From: Herpetosiphon aurantiacus DSM 785
GTDB taxonomy: Bacteria > Chloroflexota > Chloroflexia > Chloroflexales > Herpetosiphonaceae
Reading direction: 5' to 3'
DNA length: 64,000 nucleotides
Assembly: GCA_000018565.1 (NCBI GenBank)
Contig: CP000875.1
Location: forward strand, 441,199 to 505,198
The notes under the pieces were generated by a model. It had not been told where the DNA came from and did no database searches. It saw nothing but the letters and a program-made list of their open reading frames with translations. Both the position numbers and the translations under genes were made by a program. Below are positions 54,758 through 64,000 of the stretch, piece after piece. Every line of letters begins with the position of its first letter. The first letter of the stretch is position 1.

Positions 54758-57067
54758 ATGCGCTGGATACGCTGGTGTTGGCTGCTGTTGCTGATAGCCC
54801 TACCGATCAGTGCAGCATCGAGCCAAGAGCAATCAAATAATGGGCTAGTTTGGCAGGTTGAGCCAGTTTTTGGCACAGTTTATCGCGCTGGTGAGTGGAT
54901 GGCTTTGCGGGTTAAGGTCAGCAATACTGGCGTTGATCGCATGGTCGAAATTCATATTGGCAACTACAATGTTGAGCTTGATGTGCCAGGTGGCTCGCAA
55001 AAAGAAACTTTGGTCTATGGCCAATTTGATCAGGCCTTTCGGGTGCCAATGGCCATGTATTTAAATGGTGAGAAGCGCGAAACCGCTACGCTGCAACTAC
55101 GTTCCACCGATCGCCCAATGGTCGCAACCTTGCTGGAACAGCCACTACCCCAATTAACCAAAGTGGTATTAGTTGCCACTGATAGCCAACAATTGCCCAA
55201 CGTTCAGATTGGCCTTGATATGCTGAGTGGGATTGTGCTCAATCAGCGTTCATGGGGCGAACTCACTCCTGAGCAACAGCAAGCGATCAAGCAATGGGTC
55301 AATAACGGCGGGGTGTTGGTCGCTGAGCCAAATCTGCTCGAAGATTTACCAGCCGAACTCCAACCAGCTCAAGCTACTGGCCAGCAAACGATTGCCACCA
55401 CAACCCTAAGTCAAGTGTTTGGTCAACCATTTAATGTGCCAAACTTGGATGTTGCCCTACTTCAGCCCAATCAACAAGCAGCGACCAGCCTCAAACAAGA
55501 GCAAACGCCGCTGTTGGTTAAGCGCTCGGTTGGCCGTGGCTTCGTGATTGCCAGCGCCTTTAATTTTGATCAAGCTGAAATTACGGCGTGGCGGGGCTAT
55601 GAAAACCTACTGGCGTCGCTCTTCCCCCAGCAACAAGATCTAGGCTGGATGGGTGCTGGTAGCAGTGAAAGTATGTTACGTGATAGTGCCGCGCCTGCCT
55701 TGCTGAACAATTTGCCAGCCCTCGATTTGCCGCCACTGCAAACGCTGTTAATTCTTTTGGGAATTTATATTGTTTTGGCCGGGCCAGTCACTTATCTTGT
55801 GTTACGGCGGCTTGATCGCATGGCCTTAGCTTGGCTGACGATTCCGACATTAACCTTAATTTTTGCCGTGCTAGCCTATGGAATTGGCTCGAAACAACGG
55901 GGCACTGATATTTTGGTTCACGATGTGGCCTTGATTTACCCTGACGAGCAAGCGAATGCCACGGTCTTAGGCTATGCGGGTATTTTCTCGCCAGTACGCG
56001 AAGACTATCAAGTTACAATCAACCATGGCGCATACCCTCGCCCATTGTTGGTTAACCCCAATCTGGGCACTAATGGTGGCATTAACGCCACCAGAGCGCT
56101 CTACAGTCATCAGCCAGGCGATGTGCGTAATCTCACGATCAATCAATGGTCGATGGAAATGTTTGCCTACGAACGTGATATCAGCGATGCGCCGCATGTG
56201 CAAATCGAAATCAGCCTGCAAGGTAAAAAAATTATTGGCAAGGTCAAAAATACCAGCACCTATACGTTGAGTGATGCGGCGTTTATTATGTTGGGCAATG
56301 CTCAAAAGTTTGGCACAATCGAGCCAGGCGCTGAAAAATCGATCGAATTGCAAATCAACAATAATCCCTCGATGTCTGGGGCAAGTTATTTGTTGTTTCA
56401 AAAAGAGCTTGATGAAGGCTATCAGACTGAATTTGGCCCGCCACGTGAGCTTTTGGCCAAAACCCAGGCGCTCGATATTGCCCTTCCTACCACCTATGGC
56501 AGTATCGATCGGAATGCAGTATTTGTAGCATTTGTCGATTTCAATCAAGCAGTAATCGACTTGCCGGAAAAACGCTTTGCTGCGACCCAACGTAGTCTGC
56601 TCATTCAATATCCGCAACTGCGCTATAGCCAAAATGCCGTTGAACTGACCAATAATTGGTTTAGCTATATCTTAGAAGACGACCCAAATATGGGCATGGG
56701 TTCAACCTGCACAACCAGTGCTCGTGGTGCTGGCACCAACATCTCACAAAAAACTGGCATTATTCAACTTAGCCTACCCACAACATTTAGCTCAATCGAA
56801 GCCCAGTCGTTACGGCTCTTGCCAACGATCGATGGTGGCATGGTTGCGCCCAACAAATTAACCTACGAACTATACAACTGGGCTACTAGTCAATGGGATG
56901 TCGTTGAATTCAAAAATGGAGCGATTGATCTGACCACCAGCCCCAGCACCTATTTGCAACAAGGCAACTTGCGCACCCGCTACACCCTCGATCCAACGGT
57001 TGATACCACGGCAGGGCTATGGGGTTGCTTCTCGGTTGGGCCAGTGCTTTCGGGAGTTGTCAAATGA
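54758..57067 (+). CDS. Large exported membrane protein, possible ABC-transporter auxiliary component (GldG/DUF4350-like?)
   Basis: A signal peptide, an extracytoplasmic domain of about 330 aa with a WVNNGGVLVAEPN amidotransferase-like motif, a central TM hairpin and a C-terminal domain of about 370 aa. It lies immediately upstream of, and overlaps, the ABC ATPase gene. Confidence 0.45.
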   Translation: MRWIRWCWLLLLIALPISAASSQEQSNNGLVWQVEPVFGTVYRAGEWMALRVKVSNTGVDRMVEIHIGNYNVELDVPGGSQKETLVYGQFDQAFRVPMAMYLNGEKRETATLQLRSTDRPMVATLLEQPLPQLTKVVLVATDSQQLPNVQIGLDMLSGIVLNQRSWGELTPEQQQAIKQWVNNGGVLVAEPNLLEDLPAELQPAQATGQQTIATTTLSQVFGQPFNVPNLDVALLQPNQQAATSLKQEQTPLLVKRSVGRGFVIASAFNFDQAEITAWRGYENLLASLFPQQQDLGWMGAGSSESMLRDSAAPALLNNLPALDLPPLQTLLILLGIYIVLAGPVTYLVLRRLDRMALAWLTIPTLTLIFAVLAYGIGSKQRGTDILVHDVALIYPDEQANATVLGYAGIFSPVREDYQVTINHGAYPRPLLVNPNLGTNGGINATRALYSHQPGDVRNLTINQWSMEMFAYERDISDAPHVQIEISLQGKKIIGKVKNTSTYTLSDAAFIMLGNAQKFGTIEPGAEKSIELQINNNPSMSGASYLLFQKELDEGYQTEFGPPRELLAKTQALDIALPTTYGSIDRNAVFVAFVDFNQAVIDLPEKRFAATQRSLLIQYPQLRYSQNAVELTNNWFSYILEDDPNMGMGSTCTTSARGAGTNISQKTGIIQLSLPTTFSSIEAQSLRLLPTIDGGMVAPNKLTYELYNWATSQWDVVEFKNGAIDLTTSPSTYLQQGNLRTRYTLDPTVDTTAGLWGCFSVGPVLSGVVK

Positions 57068-58017
57068 GCGAATTAGCGATCCAAACTGTTGATTTGTTGC
57101 GGCGCTATGGCAAATACACTGCTGTCAACAAGCTTAATTTGAAGATCACACTTGGTAGCATTTTTGGATTTCTTGGCCCAAATGGTGCTGGCAAAACCAC
57201 AACCCTGCGCATGCTAGCAGGCTTGTTGGAGCCAAGCAGCGGTCAGGTATTTTTGCATGGCCAACTAATTCAAAAAACCAGCACAGCTGCCGCAATCGTC
57301 GGCTATATGCCTGATTTCTTCGGGGTTTACGATGATCTGCGGGTCTGGGAATATCTCGATTTCTATGCCCGTTGCCATGGCATTGAGCCAGCCAAGCGCA
57401 AAAGCACGGTCGATGGCCTGCTCGATTTGGTTGATCTCAGCGAAAAACGCAATGCCTTTGTGCAACACCTAAGCCGTGGCATGCAACAGCGTTTATGTTT
57501 GGCCCATGCCTTGGTGCACGACCCCAAAATTTTATTGCTCGACGAGCCGGCCAGCGGCCTCGACCCCCAAGCGCGGGTTGAGTTGCGCGAATTGCTGCGC
57601 ACCCTGCGCGATATGGGCAAAACAATTATTCTTAGCTCGCATATCTTGAATGAGCTTGAAGATATTTGTACCGATTTTGGCATTATGGCCCGTGGTGAAT
57701 TGCTGGCTCAGGGTTCGCTTGAAACCTTACGCCAACGGAGCCGTCCGGCCCTGCAAATTAAAGTGCTCGATGATCTTGATCGCGCGATGCGCTTGATTGC
57801 TGCTCAATCGGGAGTTTTGCGGGTACTCGAACCAGCCGAAGCCACGCCCATGCTGATCGAGGTGGAATTTGATGGCGATGAGCAGCAAGCCTCACAATTA
57901 TTGCTCAATCTAGCGCGGGCCGAGCTACCAATTGCCGATTTTCATCGTGAGGACGATTCGCTAGAACGGCTGTTTTTGCAGCTTGTCAACAACCATGGTC
58001 TGGAGGAACGAGTATGA
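57064..58017 (+). CDS. ABC transporter ATP-binding protein
   Basis: Walker A GPNGAGKTT, signature LSRGMQQRL, Walker B ILLLDEPASGLD and an H-loop SSHIL. Confidence 0.9.
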   Translation: MSELAIQTVDLLRRYGKYTAVNKLNLKITLGSIFGFLGPNGAGKTTTLRMLAGLLEPSSGQVFLHGQLIQKTSTAAAIVGYMPDFFGVYDDLRVWEYLDFYARCHGIEPAKRKSTVDGLLDLVDLSEKRNAFVQHLSRGMQQRLCLAHALVHDPKILLLDEPASGLDPQARVELRELLRTLRDMGKTIILSSHILNELEDICTDFGIMARGELLAQGSLETLRQRSRPALQIKVLDDLDRAMRLIAAQSGVLRVLEPAEATPMLIEVEFDGDEQQASQLLLNLARAELPIADFHREDDSLERLFLQLVNNHGLEERV

Positions 58018-59105
58018 GCAATCGTGCAGTCAGCCGTCGTTGGAGCTTACAACCCAACCCAATCGTGGTCAAAGAGTTACGTTCGCGCATGCGCGGTGGC
58101 CGAGCGTTTATCTTGCTCACCGGCTTTTTGCTTGGCTTAGGTTTGGTTGGCTATGCTTTGTTTTTGCGAGCAACCAGCGGCCAAGCAGCGGGCATGCCGA
58201 TCTTTAGCGCCCAAATTGGCCAAACCTTGTTTGCAGGTTTAGCCTTTATGTTGCTGTTTTTGGTGATTTTAATTGCCCCAGCAGTAACAGTTGGCGCTAT
58301 CAGCAGCGAACGCGAACGGCTAACCTATGAAATGTTGATCGCCACGAATCTGCCATCACATCGCTTGCTGTGGGGCAAATTGATCTCAGCGCTTTCGTAT
58401 ATTGCGCTCTTGTTGCTGGCGGCGATTCCACTGGGCAGTATCGTCTTTTTATTTGGCGGGATTACGCTGCGTCATGTGCTGCAAGCAGCCGCAATTATTG
58501 TGTTAAGCGCGATCACCAGCGCCATGCTTGGCATTTGGGCTTCGGCCATGACTGGTAAAACCGGACGGGCAGCAGTAGTCAGTTATGTGATTATTGGCTT
58601 GGTGTTAGGTGGATTTTTGGCTGGAGCTGAAATCTGGACTAACCGCTCGACTGAACCTGTGCCCACTGGCCTCTTAGCCCCCAACCCGATCAGCGCCTTG
58701 GCTTCAAGCATTGGCACTTTGTCGGGGCCAAGCAATGGCGGGATGATTACCACAATGCGAGCGTTTGAAGCAGTGCCAATGGCGGCTGGCGGCGGTTGGT
58801 GGCCTGGAATGAATTCGTTTAGTGGGGGCTTGAATTTCCCAGGCTGGCAAACCTTTTCAATTGGAATTTACCCAGCCACCGATCAATTTGGCCCTGATGG
58901 CATGCCAATTATTGCCGAGCCACGTTCGGTTTGGCGCACGACCTTGATTATTTTGATTATGACATGCTTGGTGTTCTTCTGGATGGCGCTGCATGCGGTC
59001 AAACCACGTCGTCGCTGGTGGCCAACTTGGGGCGATTTGGCGATGCTGTCGGTCACCTCGTTGAGTTTGCTTGGCCTTGGCTATTGGATTGGCTGGTGGT
59101 TTTAG
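58014..59105 (+). CDS. ABC-2-type transporter permease (6 or more TM helices, NosY/GldF-like) with C-terminal extension
   Basis: A GGAGGA RBS, a start overlapping the ATPase stop and multiple TM helices. It has no substrate-binding or ATPase motifs. Confidence 0.7.
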   Translation: MSNRAVSRRWSLQPNPIVVKELRSRMRGGRAFILLTGFLLGLGLVGYALFLRATSGQAAGMPIFSAQIGQTLFAGLAFMLLFLVILIAPAVTVGAISSERERLTYEMLIATNLPSHRLLWGKLISALSYIALLLLAAIPLGSIVFLFGGITLRHVLQAAAIIVLSAITSAMLGIWASAMTGKTGRAAVVSYVIIGLVLGGFLAGAEIWTNRSTEPVPTGLLAPNPISALASSIGTLSGPSNGGMITTMRAFEAVPMAAGGGWWPGMNSFSGGLNFPGWQTFSIGIYPATDQFGPDGMPIIAEPRSVWRTTLIILIMTCLVFFWMALHAVKPRRRWWPTWGDLAMLSVTSLSLLGLGYWIGWWF

Positions 59106-59152
59106 CAATCGTGTTCAGCAATCGTTGGTAGTATTCTCGTCTCGCTGATAAC

Positions 59153-59186
59153 AAAGGCGGTTGCAAGTTTGCTTGCAACCGCCTTT
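59153..59186. terminator. Perfect 15-bp palindrome AAAGGCGGTTGCAAG-TTTG-CTTGCAACCGCCTTT between convergent genes (bidirectional terminator candidate)
   Basis: It lies between the ABC permease stop (59105) and the pckG stop (59220). The - strand side is followed by a TTTGTTATC tract. Confidence 0.6.
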
Positions 59187-59219
59187 GACGATTAGGATTA
59201 TGGCTGATCAAGCCAACGC

Positions 59220-61049
59220 TTATTCGAACGCTTCCCAGTGTTCGGGTGACCGCCACAGGCTTGAAAGAATCAGCTCGCGAATCGAGAGAAATTCTTTTGG
59301 CAAGCGGTCGTAAAGTTTGATAAACAATTCTTCGTGCGAAAGAATTTCCTTATTCCAATCGTCGCGATCAACCGACATCAACTCGTGAAATTGGTCTTCG
59401 CTGAAGTTGAGGCCACTCCAATCAAGGTCTTGGTAGCGTGGCATCCAGCCGATTGGGCTTTCGATGGCGACTGCGTGGCCGTGAGCACGTTCGACCACCC
59501 ATTTGAGCACCCGCATATTTTCGCCGAAGCCTGGCCACAAGAACTTGCCATTTTTGTCTTTACGGAACCAGTTGACACTGAAGATCCGTGGTGGGTTTGG
59601 AATGGTGCGGCCAAACTGCAACCAGTGGTTGAAGTAGTCGGCCATATGGTAGCCCACGAATGGAAGCATTGCCATTGGGTCGCGGCGTACTTCGCCAACT
59701 GCCGACATTGCTGCTGCCGTGGTTTCCGATCCCATGGTTGCTGCTTGATAGACCCCATATGTCCAGTTGAAGGCTTGGTAGACCAATGGCATCAAGGTGC
59801 TACGGCGACCACCAAAGATAAAGGCTTCAATCGGCACGCCTTGGGGGTCTTCCCAAGCTGGGTCGATGCTTGGACATTGGCTGGCTGGTGCGGTAAAGCG
59901 GGCATTAGCGTGAGCTGCTTTACGGCCACAATCAGGAGTCCATTCTTGGCCCGTCCAGTCGATTGCCTTGGCTGGTGGGGTTTTGGTCATACCTTCCCAC
60001 CAAATATCACCTTCAGGCGTGAGCGCAACGTTGGTAAAGATCGTATTTTTGCTCAAGGCAGCCATTGCGTTTGGATTGGTGTCCTCGGACGTGCCTGGAG
60101 CTACGCCAAAATAGCCGCTTTCTGGATTGATTGCATACAATTTGCCATCTTTGCCAGGTTTAATCCAAGCAATGTCATCGCCAACCGTAGTTACCTTCCA
60201 GCCATCCATTGCGGTTGGTGGAATCAGCATTGCAAAGTTGGTTTTGCCACAAGCACTGGGGAAGGCAGCAGCCACATAGGTTTTTTCACCAACTGGCGAT
60301 TCAACCCCAAGCACCAACATATGTTCAGCCAACCAACCTTCGTCGCGAGCCATATTCGAGGCAATCCGCAGGGCGAAGCATTTCTTGCCAAGCAAAGCAT
60401 TGCCACCATACCCGCTACCATACGACCAAATCGAACGTTCTTCGGGGAAGTGCACGATATATTTTTCTTTTTCGTTACACGGCCACGAAACATCGGCTTG
60501 GCCTGGTTGCAGTGGTGCACCAACCGAGTGCAAACAAGGAATAAAGTGACCTGTTTCGCCCAACACTGCATAGACATCGCTGCTCATGCGGGTCATAATC
60601 TTCATATTGACCACAACATAGGGCGAGTCGGTCAATTCAACCCCAATGTGGGCGATTGGCGAGCCAAGTGGCCCCATGCTGAATGGTACGACGTACATGG
60701 TGCGGCCACGCATTGAGCCATCGAACAAGCCGTTCAGTTTTTCCTTCATTTCCTTGGGATGCATCCAGTTATTGGTTGGGCCTGCATCGCCTTTGCTCAA
60801 GCTACAAATGAACGTGCGATCTTCGACGCGAGCAACGTCGGAAGGATTTGAACGGGCTAAATAGCTATTGGGGCGTAATTCGGGATTCAATGGAACGAAG
60901 GTTCCAGACTCAACCAAGCGCCCACACATCAATGCATATTCTTCGTCAGAACCATCACACCAATACACATCGTCGGGCTTGCACAAGGCAACCATTTCTT
61001 CGACCCAACGTTTGAGTTCTTGATTGCGTACATAGGCTGGTGCGTTCAT
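59220..61049 (-). CDS. pckG: Phosphoenolpyruvate carboxykinase (GTP)
   Basis: Full-length similarity to GTP-PEPCK, including the kinase-1a P-loop, the [11 protein letters not shown]... region and the conserved C-terminal nucleotide-binding blocks. The start is at the Met with a GGAGGA RBS; the upstream extension in the track was rejected. Confidence 0.95.
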   Translation of the reverse strand: MNAPAYVRNQELKRWVEEMVALCKPDDVYWCDGSDEEYALMCGRLVESGTFVPLNPELRPNSYLARSNPSDVARVEDRTFICSLSKGDAGPTNNWMHPKEMKEKLNGLFDGSMRGRTMYVVPFSMGPLGSPIAHIGVELTDSPYVVVNMKIMTRMSSDVYAVLGETGHFIPCLHSVGAPLQPGQADVSWPCNEKEKYIVHFPEERSIWSYGSGYGGNALLGKKCFALRIASNMARDEGWLAEHMLVLGVESPVGEKTYVAAAFPSACGKTNFAMLIPPTAMDGWKVTTVGDDIAWIKPGKDGKLYAINPESGYFGVAPGTSEDTNPNAMAALSKNTIFTNVALTPEGDIWWEGMTKTPPAKAIDWTGQEWTPDCGRKAAHANARFTAPASQCPSIDPAWEDPQGVPIEAFIFGGRRSTLMPLVYQAFNWTYGVYQAATMGSETTAAAMSAVGEVRRDPMAMLPFVGYHMADYFNHWLQFGRTIPNPPRIFSVNWFRKDKNGKFLWPGFGENMRVLKWVVERAHGHAVAIESPIGWMPRYQDLDWSGLNFSEDQFHELMSVDRDDWNKEILSHEELFIKLYDRLPKEFLSIRELILSSLWRSPEHWEAFE

Positions 61050-61355
61050 AATACTGATTCCTCCAATGCTTCGCGATGTCGGGTTTTCTGTGAACCCCCT
61101 GCACGCCATCGCGAACCTGTCTATAGAATACCAGCCCACTGCTAAACTTAAGGAAAAACTTCACAACTTAAGACAGAGGGATGACAACAAAATCAAAAGG
61201 CAGAAGTCAAAAGGCAAAAAGAACCAAGCATATAATGAAGATAATTGTGGCAATCAACAATGCTTCTCAACAGGCTAGCGCAACAATTATTGGCCTCACC
61301 CCCTAGCTCCATTTTCGCTCAGTGAGCGAGAGGAACTGTTCTAGCATGAGGACTG

Positions 61356-61403
61356 AAACTCCCCTCGCCCGCCGCAGTGGGAGAGGGGTTGGGGGTGAGG
61401 GGT
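61356..61403. repeat. Partial (half) copy of the REP-like nested palindrome
   Basis: CCCCTCGCCCGCCGCAGTGGGAGAGGGGTTGGGGGTGAGGGG is identical to the right half of the 15156-15251 element. Confidence 0.7.
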
Positions 61404-61526
61404 CTAAAACCTACTCTAAATAAGGATGAGGGATGAGGGGGTAGCAAGCAGGCGATTCAAGGCTAGTGGTATGATTGAGGGAACGAAATTTGGTTCAAAT
61501 CACTAGTTGAAAGAAGAGGTTTGTTG

Positions 61527-63953
61527 ATGGAAGAGCGTTCACAACGGGCCAAGATTGGTGGTTCAGGTCGGCGTTGGCAGGTGTTTCCTGTGCTTGGTGG
61601 GGTTGGTTTGTTGGTTACGATGTTGTTGGTGACTCAAACACCTGAGCCACCTGCACCATTGCCAACTGCTACGGTTGTGGCAGAAGCCGTAGTTACGCCC
61701 AGTATTTCAACCCAACCAACCCCACAGAATCCAATTTCCTCGTTGCCAGCGGTCGATTTGGCTGGCCAGCAATTACTATTCATTGATCCAAATAATCAGA
61801 TTAAGCTGTGGGATGGCGTTGGCCTCGTGCAATCGCGCGGGACGGTTGAGCGGCTATATGGTTCAAGTGGTTGGGGATTAACCGTTGATCAGCATCGCGA
61901 TGTGCTGTTTATTCGTGGCTTCGATTGGCTTGAGGCTCGTTCGTTGCGCGATAATCGGCGCTTGTGGCAACTGCCAATTACCGCTTATGCCAATAATACT
62001 GAAACCACGATCTTGGATGTCGTGAGCGATCCGTTTAATCAATTGGTCTGGTTGGTCGAAAAACAGCGTACAACCGATGCTTTTCAGCCTGCAACGGTGC
62101 GCGTGCGTGGCCTCGATAGCCGCAGCGGCCTGGAGTTACGCCGTTATCAAACGCCGCTCGTCAACGATCCGCCCCACGTTTTGCCAATCGTGAATGGCCC
62201 TTGGCTGTTGGCCGATGGTCAATTATTGCCATTTGACCCAGCTAGCGAGGCGTTTGGCAAACCATTGATGAGCAGGCTGGAGTTTGTTCAAGTTGCGCCC
62301 GATGGCAAGCAAGCCTTGGTTTTTGGCGCGAACTCGCTCATTGAAATTGATCTGCTAACTCAACAAACGCTTAAGCAAACCGAATTAGCCACCGCGCCTA
62401 AAATTAATTCGATTGAGCACATCATCGCTTCACCTAACTTTAATTATGTATTAATTATTGGTACAGTCTTTGAAGAAACAGATTTCTCTCAGCACATTTT
62501 TGTGTATGATCGTGATGGTATCCAGGTTGGCAGTTGGCAGCGCAAATTATTAGCCGAGCGCACCCATATCGTTGATACTGATGTTAGCAATCACATTCGA
62601 TTTCTCGATGATCAACGTTTAGTGCTGCTGCATCGCACCGGAATGTTGGAAATCATTAATTTGGCAACTGATTCAATGCAATTGATCAGTCTACGCGAAA
62701 AGCCTGATCTTTTTGAACGGCTAGAGCATCTGGCTGGCTTTGAATTAATGCCTAAACTAGAATTACTGCCCTTGGTCGAAAATCCTGAGTTGGAATATTT
62801 GGAAGCTCCAGGGTTTGCCAGCGCACCACTTACACCAACAACTGCTCCAAAACCGTTTGGCTTGACTTCGATTGATGGTCAAATCACCCAGCTTTGGGAT
62901 GATGGTAGCAGCAAAACGATCAATCAATTAGTCCGCACATTGATCCCGTATTTAATCAGGCGCAATAATGCTCCACCGTTGTTTATTGATCTGATTGATA
63001 CCGATTTAGTGCTGATTGATCCGGTCAACCAAACCACCCACAGCATTGCTTTGGAGCCAATTGAAGCCAAAAGCTTGGATGATTTGGAGGGGATTAGTGC
63101 GTCGAATAGCGCAAGTATTGTAATCTGCTATAGCTATCATCTTGATTCTAGTGCCGATTCACGGGTCAATCGTTGTCGTGAGCTGAATTTGCAAACTGGC
63201 CAAACCAGCCTGTTTGCTGAACTGCCTGCCGCCACCGATCTTATTCCAATCTACTGGGATGGTCGCCAATTGACAATTGTTGGCAAAACCTATCGTGAAG
63301 CGAAGCGATCGTTTGACTATTTGGTGTGGCAAACCTTGGCTGATGATCGTTCGCAAGGCCAAATGCTTTTGCAACCGCTTGATGTACAGCAGCTTTGGTA
63401 TATGGTTGGCTCACCCACGGTTATCTATCAAAATATGCTTGGCAATATTGTGAGTTATCAGCTCTTGGATCAAAATCCTGCCTTATTGATTCAACGGAGT
63501 GCTGACCACGATATAGATGTGGATCTAGCACCCAATGGCCAGAGGGTTGTCTTGATTGAGCGTGAATACCCGCTCAACCATGGCACATTAACCATGTTCG
63601 ATACTGCCACCGGAGCCGAATTATGGCGCGATGACACAACCCGCGATCACGTTGGATTGTGGTCGGGGGATAGTCAGTTCTACCTAACCCGAACCTATCA
63701 AGCAGTTAATTCAAGCCTTAATACCTACACCCATCAAGGCAAACAAGGCCATTCGTTGCTCGTTGCCCAAGGCATCGGTGAATTTGTACCCGATTGGTTG
63801 GGGCAGCAGGTTGTATTGCGCATCTACGATGAACTCTTTTTGTTGGAGCGGGTCAACGAACATTGGCTACCCTTGAGCAAATTTCCTAACTTTCAAACAG
63901 TCTTTTCGTCGCGCTCTTGGCCAAAGATTGTCTATGTTTATCCACAACCTTAA
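61527..63953 (+). CDS. Membrane-anchored hypothetical protein (N-terminal TM, large extracytoplasmic domain, possibly beta-propeller)
   Basis: An ATG with a GAAGAGG RBS. The N-terminal TM anchor GGVGLLVTMLLV is followed by a Pro/Thr linker. The long hydrophilic domain has repeated W/D/G-containing strands, and I recognise no family. Confidence 0.45.
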   Translation: MEERSQRAKIGGSGRRWQVFPVLGGVGLLVTMLLVTQTPEPPAPLPTATVVAEAVVTPSISTQPTPQNPISSLPAVDLAGQQLLFIDPNNQIKLWDGVGLVQSRGTVERLYGSSGWGLTVDQHRDVLFIRGFDWLEARSLRDNRRLWQLPITAYANNTETTILDVVSDPFNQLVWLVEKQRTTDAFQPATVRVRGLDSRSGLELRRYQTPLVNDPPHVLPIVNGPWLLADGQLLPFDPASEAFGKPLMSRLEFVQVAPDGKQALVFGANSLIEIDLLTQQTLKQTELATAPKINSIEHIIASPNFNYVLIIGTVFEETDFSQHIFVYDRDGIQVGSWQRKLLAERTHIVDTDVSNHIRFLDDQRLVLLHRTGMLEIINLATDSMQLISLREKPDLFERLEHLAGFELMPKLELLPLVENPELEYLEAPGFASAPLTPTTAPKPFGLTSIDGQITQLWDDGSSKTINQLVRTLIPYLIRRNNAPPLFIDLIDTDLVLIDPVNQTTHSIALEPIEAKSLDDLEGISASNSASIVICYSYHLDSSADSRVNRCRELNLQTGQTSLFAELPAATDLIPIYWDGRQLTIVGKTYREAKRSFDYLVWQTLADDRSQGQMLLQPLDVQQLWYMVGSPTVIYQNMLGNIVSYQLLDQNPALLIQRSADHDIDVDLAPNGQRVVLIEREYPLNHGTLTMFDTATGAELWRDDTTRDHVGLWSGDSQFYLTRTYQAVNSSLNTYTHQGKQGHSLLVAQGIGEFVPDWLGQQVVLRIYDELFLLERVNEHWLPLSKFPNFQTVFSSRSWPKIVYVYPQP

Positions 63954-64000
63954 CGATTAGCGAGAGTGCGACCATGATGCAGAAGGTTTATCGCAGGCTT

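Noticed and set aside
59334-60716. 460-aa ORF on the + strand
   Set aside because: It is antisense to the strongly conserved pckG gene. The product is Trp/Cys/His-rich low-complexity with no start context, a typical shadow ORF of a high-GC gene.
1-64000. CRISPR arrays, IS elements/transposases, integrases, phage genes and rRNA
   Set aside because: I scanned for regularly spaced direct repeats, transposase/integrase-like ORFs and rRNA-like conserved blocks and found none. The only repeat families are the REP-like palindromes and the CACGAAGG-type arms.

Overview
The window looks like a Chloroflexota chromosome segment, probably Herpetosiphon-like. That inference rests on the nested palindromic GGGAGAGGGG repeat elements, about 50-55% GC and a gliding/predatory-type gene content; it is low confidence. 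It is densely coding with no rRNA, CRISPR array or transposase. Annotated genes:
- 1-9.9 kb (- strand): a tightly packed string ending in a Dpp/Opp-type peptide ABC importer (substrate-binding lipoprotein, DppB, partial DppC). Upstream of it sits a six-gene putative lipid/glycolipid operon: NAD-epimerase/3beta-HSD-like, MBL-fold hydrolase, F390-synthetase-like adenylating enzyme, GT1 glycosyltransferase, FabH/OleA-like KAS III and an SDR. upp precedes that operon.
- 10.2-12.5 kb (+): a four-gene DUF4388 / Ras-like GTPase / Roadblock-LC7 / protoglobin module.
- 12.5-24.4 kb: UvsE with a co-operonic unknown, an HAD phosphatase, panD, moeA, cardiolipin synthase, an alpha/beta-hydrolase / CsoR / ChlI-like ATPase operon, an HD-domain protein, an ECF sigma/anti-sigma pair and a LysR regulator.
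- 24.4-27.7 kb: a kinase-like-TM-VWA protein divergent from an orphan sensor histidine kinase.
- 28-31.2 kb: an alpha/beta hydrolase followed by two tandem paralogous GT2/GT21-like (QxxRW) glycosyltransferases.
- 31.3-32.7 kb: a bacterial major-vault-protein-repeat protein.
- 32.9-34.5 kb: a TetR regulator divergent from an NmrA-like protein.
- 34.6-42.7 kb (-): a suf operon (sufR-sufC-sufD-sufS-sufU-sufB, then Rieske protein and rhodanese). It is interrupted between sufD and sufS by a roughly 650 bp inverted-repeat-flanked element carrying a frameshifted GxxExxY gene.
- 44.86-45.12 kb: tRNA-Phe, tRNA-Val and tRNA-Leu.
- 45.2-50.8 kb: a GNAT acetyltransferase, a secreted beta-helix protein and a large ExeM/NucH extracellular nuclease.
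- 51.5-52.6 kb: a PQQ-type sugar dehydrogenase lipoprotein.
- 52.6-59.1 kb: four tandem paralogous small membrane proteins, a large membrane protein and an ABC-2 transporter.
- 59.2-61.0 kb: GTP-dependent PEPCK.
- 61.5-63.9 kb: a membrane-anchored protein.
In my judgement the strongest candidates for an undescribed system are the GTPase/Roadblock/protoglobin module, the four-paralog membrane-protein array with its ABC neighbours, the OleABCD-reminiscent glycolipid operon, and the GxxExxY element with its CACGAAGG repeat family.
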